Shown here piece by piece: positions 16,156-27,500 of a DNA stretch of 64,000 bases; the first letter of the stretch is position 1; each line of letters opens with the position of its first letter. A program made the translations under genes and the position numbers. A model generated the notes under the pieces. The model was not told where the DNA came from. It did no database searches and saw nothing but the letters and a program-made list of their open reading frames with translations. The DNA comes from Eledone cirrhosa (lineage: Eukaryota), in NCBI GenBank assembly GCA_964016885.1, contig OZ024742.1:129766001-129830000 (forward strand), given 5' to 3'.

Positions 16156-16363
16156 GGTGTATGTTGGTTAAATTCCTGAAAACTGTAGAGTGCTCAACTA
16201 ATCGGGCTGGAAAGTGCCAATCGTATATGTAATATAGAATATGCTGCGATCAATCCCGGTTGGAGCTGTATAAATGAAGTAATTCCATCGGAAAAAAGAG
16301 TGCTCTATGTATGCAACAGAGCTTAATTATTATTATTATGTAATAAACAACATAAGGCAATTA

Positions 16364-16423
16364 TTCCATTTACCAGTGGTTTCTTAAAAGCAAAAGGTTT
16401 TGCTTTCAATCCTCAGAATGAAA
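16364..16423 (-). ncRNA. Hammerhead ribozyme HHR-A, second copy
   Basis: Identical by eye to 12201-12260. Confidence 0.85.
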
Positions 16424-16800
16424 AATCCTGGTTTGTTTATTGAATATGGATTCTAAAAACAAAAATGCAATCTATATGAAAGTGAGGCTGGAAAAGGGAG
16501 AAGGAAAGGAAAAATAAAATAAAACTACACATGCAAACACACACAAAAAAACACAAAAGCATACTTACACACACATACATATATACATATATATAAATGT
16601 ACGCATACACATATACATATACACATATATATATATATATAAAAAAGCGCACACCTACACACACATACACATATATACACACATATACACATACATACAT
16701 TCATACATACACACACACACACACACACAGACATATACACACACACACACACACACATATATATACACATGTACACATATATATATATATATATACATAT

Positions 16801-16840
<40 letters not shown>

Positions 16841-17221
16841 GTGTGTACAAGCATACACATACACACACACATATATATATACACATACATACATTCACAC
16901 AAACATACAACGTACATACATACACATACATGAATGCACTCCACTACATATTCACACACGCAAATAAATATAAGAAAAAAATATATAAATAATATTAACA
17001 AATATTTGACAGCGATACATGCCCCAGCTAACAGGACAGACACGCGTGGTAAGTAATACACACAAAACACATATACATACGTACGAAATAGTAAACACAT
17101 ACACACACTCTCACACATAAATATACATATACAAATACATAAACACGTACATACACATACATACACAAACACGTACACGTATATAATATAAACACACACA
17201 TGTATATGTAATTATATACAT

Positions 17222-17276
<55 letters not shown>

Positions 17277-17589
17277 TATATATATATACATACAAAAATA
17301 TAAAAATATAAACGCACACACACATATAAATACGTAAACACACATATACATACATAGCTAAACAATTATACACATGCAAATACGTATAAATCAAAAGCAC
17401 GCACAACCAAATACAAACACATACACACACACACACCCACACACACACCCACACCCACACATACATAAAAATAAATAAATACACACGCACACATATACAT
17501 ACATAAATACACATACATATACACATACATACATAAACATATATATATATATATATACACATATATATATATATATATATATACATATA

Positions 17590-17620
<31 letters not shown>

Positions 17621-17765
17621 TACACGTACACGTATACGCATGCATACACATACACACACACATATACACGTGTGTATGTGTAAAGCTCAGTATTAGATAA
17701 GACAAATGAACCTTACATAAACGTATATATAGTAGTAAAGTAATAAAGCCATACAAGGCAATTAA

Positions 17766-17822
17766 TCCATTCACCAGAGGTTTCTTAAAAGCAAAAAAGT
17801 TTCCTTCAATCTTCAGAATGAA
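17766..17822 (-). ncRNA. Hammerhead motif HHR-B, second copy (GUG triplet)
   Basis: Same as 13560-13617 apart from A-run length. Confidence 0.65.
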
Positions 17823-17919
17823 AAAGGGCCTGGTTTATCCACATATACATACATATACACACACAAAAATATACAATTATATACACACATACACACACGC
17901 ACACACATATATATATATA

Positions 17920-17969
<50 letters not shown>

Positions 17970-18209
17970 AACATATACATACACATATACATACATATAT
18001 ATATACACACAGAGGGAGTTATTAACAATATATTTAGAAACACACAGATACATGCAGACACACACATATATACATGAATGCATCCGCACCCAACTGTGAG
18101 TTAAGGGTGCCAACTTCACCGATGTTGCTCAATGAATGACCGGGACAGACCTTTTGGGATTCTTTCTCACGTCGTTTAGACGCGTTCTTGAGACTAGTAA
18201 AATGAGGTA

Positions 18210-18299
18210 TCCTCTTGATAAGTCGGCAGACCTCGCAGGGACTCTATATCTTTATGATATATTGTTTTTGTTTATGCCACGAAACTACGTAGTCGAGGA
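18210..18299 (+). ncRNA. Type I hammerhead ribozyme with C3U/G8A core variant
   Basis: tcctc-TTGATAA-gt(c)ggca...tgccac-GAAA-ctacgtag-TC-gagga: stem I tcctc/gagga, stem II gt.ggca/tgccac, palindromic stem III actacgtagt, GUC triplet. Confidence 0.75.
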
Positions 18300-18804
18300 A
18301 TTTAGGAGCAGTTTAGGTATGATACATTTTATTACTAATTATATCTAAATGTTTCTTCTCTCTTCATAATGTATTTTTAACTCTGATACTGGTTCAGTCT
18401 AGTTCAACTGAATTGGTCTGTCCCGGTCATTCATTGAGCAACATCGGTGAAGTTGGCACCCTTAACTCACAGTTGGGTGCGGATGCATTCATGTATATAT
18501 GTGTGTGTCTGCATGTATCTGTGTGTTTCTAAATATATTGTTAATAACTCCCTCTGGTCGAGCAATCTTTGAAGTGTGGGGACAACTGGAAAGCTTCCAT
18601 TACTCATACTTCTAGCCTTCTTCACCACCTCTTCTGCGGCCTCGATATGAATACCCCCTCCGCCTCCGTGGTATTTTCTTCGTGGTTATAAGAGGCTTAG
18701 CTCTGTTTCTCGACCGTTATATCGCGTGACTATCTCCCCCTCCGCCTTTTGGGATTCTTTCTCACGTCGTGTAGACGCGTTCTTGAGACTAGTAAAATGA
18801 GGTA

Positions 18805-18894
18805 TCCTCTTGATAAGTCGGCAGACCTCGCAGGGACTCTATATCTTTATGATATATTGTTTTTATTTATGCCACGAAACTACGTAGTCGAGGA
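18805..18894 (+). ncRNA. Second copy of the C3U/G8A hammerhead
   Basis: Same sequence with one substitution in loop II. Confidence 0.75.
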
Positions 18895-18963
18895 ATTTAG
18901 GAGCAGTTTAGGTATGATACATTTTATTACTAATTATATCTAAATGTTTCTTCTCTCTTCATA

Positions 18964-19021
<58 letters not shown>

Positions 19022-19046
19022 GTATATATATATATGTATATATATT

Positions 19047-19236
19047 TCTATTCTAAGGCGGGTAAAATTCCCGATATCCATGGACGAGTTCTCTCCAGCA
19101 GTCTCTGTCCCTCATTATCGCTGCCATGTCCTGCGTCTCCAATAGACCAGTGTCTGTCATTAGGGCATCAACATAAGTTAACCTTGGTCTTCCTCCTCTA
19201 GTGTGTCCATGTAGGGGCTCCCAAAGGAGCACTGAG
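19047..19236 (-). mobile_element. 3' fragment of another RTE-group LINE
   Basis: Minus strand translates to [31 protein letters not shown]...[11 protein letters not shown], a typical RTE C-terminus. Confidence 0.75.
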
Positions 19237-19366
19237 TATATATATATAGATGTATATATATATATGTATATATATATATATGTATATATGTATATATGTA
19301 TATATATATATGTATATATGTATATGTATATATGTATATGTATATATATATATGTATATATATATG

Positions 19367-22327
19367 TACGGCTACGACGAAATCCATGGAGGCTATGGGT
19401 TTGGTACTAGAAATGAGGAAGGCTCCAGAATCCTGGAATTCTGTGACGCAAATAACCTAACTATCTGTAACACTAACTTCAAAAAACGAGACAATCACTT
19501 GATCACCTACAGATCAGGGGAACATACGAGCCAGGTAGATTATATCCTTACCAGAAGACGTGACAGAGTGACTGTTGTAAACACTAAATCCCTCCCCCAT
19601 GAAGAATGCACCTCCCAACATAGACTGATAATTAGCGACCTAATAGTCAGGACGAGACGTACTAGACAACAGAAGAGGACTATCCTCAGGAGAAAAATAT
19701 GGAAGCTAAAGGACCCCACAGCCAGAAATAAATTTCAAAGCATATTACTTGATGCTTTCGACAGTAAGGAAGAGCAATTAGAGTCGTACAAGGTAGAGGA
19801 ACAGTGGGAATTCCTGAAAGCAAACCTGCTGATGGCGGCAGACGAAGTCTGTGGCTGGAGCAGGCCTGTAGGCAGGAGGAGAGTAACATGGTGGTGGAAC
19901 AGTAAGGTGGAGGGGTCAATTAAGGCCAAAAAGCAGGCTTGGAAAGTATGGCAGGATGGGGGAAGCAGAGAAGACTATCAAGTGGCCAGGAGGGAAGCTA
20001 GGAGATAAGTGTACTTCGCAAGAAGGGAAGCAGAGGAAAAAAAGTTCAAGCATGTTTTACAACGCGAGGACCAAAAACGTGAGGTGTTCAGGATTGCTAG
20101 GCAATGTGTCAAGGAAAACAGTGATATTGTCGGGGAGAAGTGTGTACTTAATGATGACGGCGTACTTGCCATCACCGACGCTGATAAGAAGGTAGCTTGG
20201 AAGTGTCACTATGAAAGGCTACTAAATGAGGAGAATAAATGGGAGAAAGACAGTCTCCCCCACATCGACCCAATAGAGGGACCAGCAGTGTTAGTCGAGG
20301 GTAGTATAATAAGTAAGGCAATCAAAGATATGAAGACGGGTAAGGCGGCTGGGCCTTCGGAAATAGTTGCCGAGATGCTGAAGGCATCTGGTACGGTGGG
20401 ACACACCATGGTCACCCGGATAGTCAACCAAGTCATACAGAATGGGGTTGTTCCGAAGGACTGGCGTAGCAGCATCATCGTTAACTGTTATAAGGGTAAA
20501 GGAGATGCTCTAGATAGGAGTAACTATAGAGGCATTAAATTAATCGACCAGGTCATGAAGCTCACGGAAAAAGTAATAGCGCAGAGAGCGAATTGATCTC
20601 GATGAAATGCAGTTCGGGTTTGTGTCAGGAAAAAGTACCACAGACGCTCTTTTCATTGTACGACAACTACAGGAGAAGTACCTAGCTAAAAGTAAACCCC
20701 TATACTTAGCTTTCGTCGACTTGGAGAGAGCCTTCGACAGAGTCCCCCGTTCCATTATCTGGTGGGCTCTTAGAAAACTAGGTGTTGATGAATGGCTTGT
20801 GAGAGCTATACAAGCCATGTATAAAGAAACAGTCAGCAAGGTTAGAATTAACAACGAATATAGTGAAGAGTTTAGTGTAAAAGTTTGTGTTCATCAGGGC
20901 TCTGTTCTTAGCCCCCTACTATTTATTATTGCCCTCCAGGCTATAACAGTGGAGTTCAAGACCGGCTGCCCATGGGAACTCCTCTACGCAGATGATCTAA
21001 CGCTCATAGCTGAATCAATGGCCGAGCTAGAGAAGAAATTCCAAACATGGAAGCACGGCCTAGAATCAAAAGGCCTTAAAATTAACCTGGCTAAGAATAA
21101 AGTTCTAGTTTGTAAGAAAGAAAATAAGGCGGCGGTCCCCTCTGGGAAGTGGCCATGCTCAGTGTGTAGGAAAGGCGTAGGTAGAAACTCCATTTTGTGT
21201 CCCAAATGCAAAGTATGGGTTCATAAAAGATGTAGTGGGATCACAGGTAAGCTAACTAAGAACATAGATTTTACATGTGGCCGGTGTTCTGGGGTAATAA
21301 GTAGCAGCAAGTGCCCATAAAATACTAGCTCTTTCAACTGCGCAGAGGGTTCTATAGAAATAGTGGACAGCTTCCGTTACCTGGGTGACAAAATCAGCAG
21401 TGGGGGAGGGTGCTCTGAAAGTACAGTAGCTAGAGTCAGAACTGTTCAGAGAGCTTATACCGCTATTAGCCGCTAAAGGGTTCTCCCTAAAAATGAAAGG
21501 CAGGTTGTACGATGCCTGCATACGAACAGCAATGTTGCATGGCAGTGAGACCTGGGCATTGTGTGCAGAGGATATACGCAGACTAGAGAGAAACGAAGCT
21601 TGCATGCTCCGCTGGATGTGTAATAGTAATATACGTGAACGGCAAAGCATAAACGAACTAAGGAAAAAATTAGAAATAAGAGGGATCAGATGTTGTTTAC
21701 TCGAGAGAAGGCTACGTTGGTATGGTCACGTGATGCGCATGAAGGACGATAGCTGTATAACAAAGTGCAGGGCAATAAAGATAGACGGTAGCCACGGAAT
21801 AGGCAGACCCAGGAAAACCTGGGACGAGCTGATAAATTCCGACCTCACACACTTACACCTCACCAAGACAATGTCACTGGACCGAGACCTTTGGCGGTAC
21901 TCAGTAATAGAGAAGACCCGCCTTACCTAAGTACAAAGTAAAACCTACTACAGTCAGTAGGCATCTCTAACCAAATACACCCCCATCCCACCACCCCCAC
22001 CCCATCCACACCGCCCCTTTCAATGTAAAGTTATGTTGGTGCCACAACATCCAGGCCGAAACAAATGAGATCGTGTAGGTGTCACGTCAAAAAACACACA
22101 GTTCACGCTGTAATGTGGCCGTGTAGGCAACACGGTAAAAACCTCCCAGCCCCACACTGTAAATGTGGTTGGTGTTAGGAAGGGCATCCAGCTGTAGAAA
22201 ACCCGCCAGATAGTCCTATGCGAGCAAGATAACCACTCTTGCCTCAAGTGGGAAAACCCTCCGTCCAAACCCATGCAAGCGTGGAACACGGACGTTAAAC
22301 GATGATGATGATGATGATGATGATGAT
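19367..22327 (+). mobile_element. RTE-clade LINE copy 2 (different subfamily, long 3' UTR), 5'-truncated and inactive
   Basis: APE C-half ([22 protein letters not shown]), RT (MQFGF, FVDLERAFDRV, HQGSVLSPLLF, LLYADDL), PHD finger, RLRWYGHV, ORF end at 21930, ~400-nt 3' UTR and (GAT)n tail. Stops at 20008 and 21320; small deletions near 20585 and 21440. Confidence 0.95.
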
Positions 22328-22353
22328 ATATGTATGTATATATGTATATATAC

Positions 22354-22436
<83 letters not shown>

Positions 22437-23162
22437 TGATAAATCTACCAAAATATACGGTAGTGTCCTATCCGTATGAAGAACTCAATGTAATCCAAAT
22501 ATCATGAAAAGAGAAGATGCATTCAAAAATTTCGATGAAAATAATAGGAAAAAGAGTCAAGATAAATTAATAAAAACAAAGAAAAAGTTCCTTATATTAA
22601 AAAATTCATCATTTTACGATCGTTTCTAGGATATATATGTGTGTGTTGGTATGTATATCATATAGATCCATGTAAAAATATTACAAACTATCAGAGGAAA
22701 TATACGTACCTTCACATATATATGCTGTTTTCACAAATAATGAGATTTGTTTATTGAAAAAAACCAACAAAGATTTAATATAATAGGTCTGTTTGGGAAC
22801 AGGTTTTGAATTGACCAATAGAAAAGTAGTAACAGGTCAAGTTGATAGAATAGTAGTAGTAGAAATTTAATTTAGGGGTAGAGGAGTGCAGAGTTATGTT
22901 TTGAAAGGAAAGAATACTTTGAATGAAAAGAATACTTTGGGGATGAAAAGAGGTCAAGCCGGTGAAGAGTACACGAAAATTTGATGTTATTAAAGAATAA
23001 TGTTAAAAACGAAGGAAAGTAAAATTTTAGGGTAAGGGTATTAGTGAGAAATACCAATCTTTAAACCACAAGGAATCTAGATCTATAACAAGAAATTAAA
23101 TTAATTGATAGGTATACTTATAGGGATAAATTTATATTAATTCATATGGATGTGATACCTTG

Positions 23163-23697
23163 TGGACCGAGACCTTTGGCGGTACTCAGTAATAGAGAAG
23201 ACCCGCCTTACCTAAATACAAAGTAAAACCTACTACAGTCAGTAGGCATCTCTAACAAAATACACCCCCCGTCCCACCACCCCCACCCCATCCACACCGC
23301 CCCTTTCAATGTAAAGTTATGTTGGTGCCACAACATCCAGGCCGAAACAAATGAGATCGTGTAGGTGTCACGTCAAAAAACACACAGTTCACGCTGTAAT
23401 GTGGCCGTGTAGGCAACACGGTAAAAACCTCCCAGCCCCACACTGTAAATGTGGTTGGTGTTAGGAAGGGCATCAAGCTGTAGAAAACACGCCAGACAGT
23501 CCACGCTGTAATGTGGCCGTGTAGGCAACACGGTAAAAACCTCCCAGCCCCAAACTGTAAATGTGGTTGGTGTTAAGAAGGGCATCCAGCTGTAGAAAAC
23601 CCGCCAGACAGTCCTATGCGAGCAAGACAACCACTCTTGCCTCAAGTGGGAAAACTCCCGTCCAAACCCATGCAAGCGTGGAACATGGACGTTAAAC

Positions 23698-23732
<35 letters not shown>
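23163..23732 (+). mobile_element. 5'-truncated copy of the RTE copy-2 family 3' end with an internal 112-bp tandem duplication
   Basis: Matches 21878-22327; the segment starting acgctgtaatg occurs at 23391 and again at 23503. Confidence 0.9.
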
Positions 23733-23733
<1 letters not shown>

Positions 23734-23864
23734 ATATGTATATATATATGTATATATATAAATATATATATATATGTATATATATAAATCTATATATATG
23801 TGTATCTATATATATATTTATATATATATATATATATATATGTGTGTATATATAAATATATATA

Positions 23865-23944
<80 letters not shown>

Positions 23945-24394
23945 TATATAAACAATAATAAAAAAACTATAGAATATATATCTATGTATATACATATGTA
24001 TATATATGCATATATATTCTCCCATATATACATACATGCACATGTGCGTAGTATGCAGCTGTGTATACAAGCAAGTTACAGTGATGCAGAAACTTAGAAA
24101 ATTGCAACATTACGAAGTTTACAAATGCGTATAATTGCAAGATATGAGAATTTGCAAAATAATACAGAAATCGCATCTGAAAGAACCACAGAGATGGAGA
24201 AGTGTAAAAAATACAAATCTATATGGTACAGAAATTCTAATTATAAGTATAAAGATGTTTACAAATTTGATATGTGAAGATTGTAGGTTGTGTTGTGTAG
24301 GACCTCTTGAAGTAGTTCCTAAGAACATAACACAGTGTGTGGCAGGGCTGCCTCTTTTAAATACAGATACAGTTCCTTCTTTTCTAGCTGAGAT

Positions 24395-24510
24395 GACTGA
24401 GGCAATGTGAATGAAATAATGTGTCTTGTTCAAGGATACAATCTGTCACTAGGGAGCAAACTAACGATCTTGTAATTGTAAGCTGAACTCTCTAACCATT
24501 ACACGATGCA
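24395..24510 (-). mobile_element. Degraded tRNA-head/CORE-type SINE 5' part
   Basis: Reverse-complement similarity to 63281-63405 (aaataatgtgtcttgttcaagga... ctaacca). Confidence 0.55.
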
Positions 24511-24581
24511 TATCTTCACACAAGAGGATTAGAGGTATATGGAAGGGGAGGGGTACACAATAAGAAGGAAATACAAAGGTG

Positions 24582-27500
24582 CAAATGTAGTTGTGTGCCA
24601 AGGAGACAAATTACTAGATATAAGTTACAAATGTACCTGTGTTTTAAGGGGACAAATTAGATATAAATTACAAAGGTACGTATGTGCTAAGGTGACAAAT
24701 TAGTAGATATAAATTACAAAGGTACCTGTGTGCTAAGGAGACAAATTACTAGATATTAATTACAAAGGTACCTGTGTGCTAAGGTGACAAACTAGATATA
24801 TATTACAAAGGTACCTGTGTGCTAAGGTGACAAACTAGATATAAATTACAAAGGTACCTGTGTGCTAAGGAGACAAATTACTAGATATAAATTACAAAGG
24901 TACCTGTGTGCTAAGGTGACAAACTAGATATAAATTACAAAGGTACCTGTGTGCTAAGGTGACAAACTAGATATAAATTACAAAGGTACCTGTGTGCTAA
25001 GGTGACAAATTAGATATAAATTACAAAGGTACCTGTGTGCTAAGGTGACAAACTAGATATAAATTACAAAGGTACTTGTGTGCTGAGGTGACAAATTAGA
25101 TATAAATTACAAAGGTACCTGTGTGCTAAGGTGACAAACTAGATATAAATTACAAAGGTACCTGTGTGCTAAGGACACAAACTAGATATAAATTACAAAG
25201 GTACCTGTGTGCTAAGGAGACAAATTACTAGATATAAATTGCAAAGGTACCTGTGTGCTAAGGGGACAAACTAGATATAAATTACAAAGGTACCTGTGTG
25301 CTAAGCAGACAAACTAGATATAAATTACAAAGGTACCTGTGTGCTAAGGAGACAAATTACTAGATATAAATTACAAAGGTACCTGTGTGCTAAGGTGACA
25401 AACTAGATATAAATTACAAAGGTACTGTGTGCTAAGGAGACAAATTAGATATAAATTACAAAGGTACCTGTGTGCTAAGGAGACAAATTAGATATAAATT
25501 ACAAAGGTACCTGTGTGCTAAGGAGACAAATTAGATATAAATTACAAAGGTACCTGTGTGCTAAGGAGACAAACTAGATATAAATTACAAAGGTACCTGT
25601 GTGCTAAGGAGACAAATTAGATATAAATTACAAAGGTACCTGTGTGCTAAGGAGACAAACTAGATATAAATTACAAAGGTACCTGTGTGCTAAGGAGACA
25701 AATTAGATAAAAATTACAAAGGTACCTGTGTGCTAAGGTGACAAACTAGATATAAATTGCAAAGGTAACTGTGTGCTAAGGTGACAAACTAGATATAAAT
25801 TACAAAGGTACCTGTGTGCTAAGGAGACAAATTAGATATAAATTACAAAGGTACTTGTGTGCTAAGTTGACAAACTAGATATAAATTGCAAAGGTACCTG
25901 TGTGCTAAGGTGACAAACTAGATATAAATTACAAAGGTACCTGTGTGCTAAGGAGACAAATTACTAGATATAAATTACAAAGGTACCTGTGTGCTAAGGA
26001 GACAAATTAGATATAAATTACAAAGGTACTTGTGTGCTAAGTTGACAAACTAGATATAAATTGCAAAGGTACCTGTGTGCTAAGGTGACAAACTAGATAT
26101 AAATTACAAAGGTACCTGTGTGCTAAGGTGACAAACTAGATATAAATTACAAAGGTACCTGTGTGCTAAGGTGACAAACTAGATATAAATTACAAAGGTA
26201 CCTGTGTGCTAAGGTGACAAACTAGATATAAATTACAAAGGTACCTGTGTGCTAAGGAGACAAATTAGATATAAATTACAAAGGTACTTGTGTGCTAAGT
26301 TGACAAACTAGATATAAATTGCAAAGGTACCTGTGTGCTAAGGTGACAAACTAGATATAAATTACAAAGGTACCTGTGTGCTAAGGTGACAAACTAGATA
26401 TAAATTACAAAGGTACCTGTGTGCTAAGGTGACAAACTAGATATAAATTACAAAGGTACCTGTGTGCTAAGGAGACAAATTAGATATAAATTACAAAGGT
26501 AACTGTGTGCTAAGGTGACAAACTAGATATAAATTACAAAGGTACCTGTGTGCTAAGGTGACAAACTAGATATAAATTACAAAGGTACCTGTGTGCTAAG
26601 GTGACAAACTAGATATAAATTACAAAGGTACCTGTGTGCTAAGGTGACAAACTAGATATAAATTACAAAGGTACCTGTGTGCTAAGGAGACACATTAGAT
26701 ATAAATTACAAAGGTACCTGTGTGCTAAGGAGACAAATTAGATATAAATTACAAAGGTACCTGTGTGCTAAGTTGACAAACTAGATATAAATTACAAAGG
26801 TACCTGTGTGCTAAGGAGACAAACTAGATATAAATTACAAAGGTACCTGTGTGCTAAGGAGACAAACTAGATATAAATTACAAAGTACCTGTGTGCTAAG
26901 GAGACAAATTCCTAGATATATATTACAAAGGTACCTGTGTGTTAAAGAGACAAACTAGATATAAATTACAAAGGTACCTGTGTGCTAAGGTGACAAACTA
27001 GATATAAATTACAAAGGTACCTGTGTTCTAAGGTGACAAACTAGATATAAATTACAAAGGTACCTGTGTGCTAAGGAGACAAACTAGATATAAATTACAA
27101 AGGTACCTGTATGCTAAGGAGACAAACTAGATATAAATTACAAAGGTACCTGTGTGCTAAGGAGACAAACTAGATATAAATTACAAAGGTACCTGTGTGC
27201 TAAGGAGACAAACTAGATATAAATTACAAAGAGACCTGTGTGCTAAGGAGACAAACTAGATATAAATTACAAAGGTACCTGTGTGCTAAGGAGACAAATT
27301 CCTAGATATATATTACAAAGGTATCTGTGTGCTAAGGAGACAAACTAGATATAAATTACAAAGGTACTTGTGTGCTAAGGTGACAAACTAGATATAAATT
27401 ACAAAGTTACCTGTGTGCTAAGGAGACAAACTAGATATAAATTACAAAGGTACCTGTGTGCTAAGGAGAGAACCTAGATATAAATTACAAAGGTACCTGT

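Larger units (their letters stand above)
12099..18010 (-). mobile_element. Penelope-like retroelement (Naiad-like clade): ORF flanked by ~1.7-kb direct pseudo-LTRs
   Basis: RT + GIY-YIG ORF at 14005-16155. Direct repeats 12099-~13818 and 16273-~18010 (offset ~4163-4200) each carry two hammerhead motifs. Confidence 0.9.
16273..18010 (-). repeat. 5' pseudo-LTR of the Naiad-like element, truncated at 18010
   Basis: Direct repeat of 12099-13818. Confidence 0.88.
18011..18968 (+). mobile_element. Non-coding hammerhead-bearing partial tandem repeat (retrozyme-like / non-autonomous PLE) with 5' inversion
   Basis: 18011-18151 is the exact reverse complement of 18415-18555. 18150-~18373 repeats at 18745-18968 (offset 595). 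Each repeat carries a hammerhead fold, and the element ends in (TA)n. Confidence 0.8.

Noticed and set aside
16160-16200. Possible splice acceptor (ctctacagttttcag|g) just upstream of the PLE ATG
   Set aside because: PLEs can have 5' introns, but no donor could be assigned and RNA data would be needed.
18136-18943. Duplicated 64-70 aa ORFs in the hammerhead element
   Set aside because: No recognisable domain; they overlap the ribozyme and are duplicated only because the DNA is.
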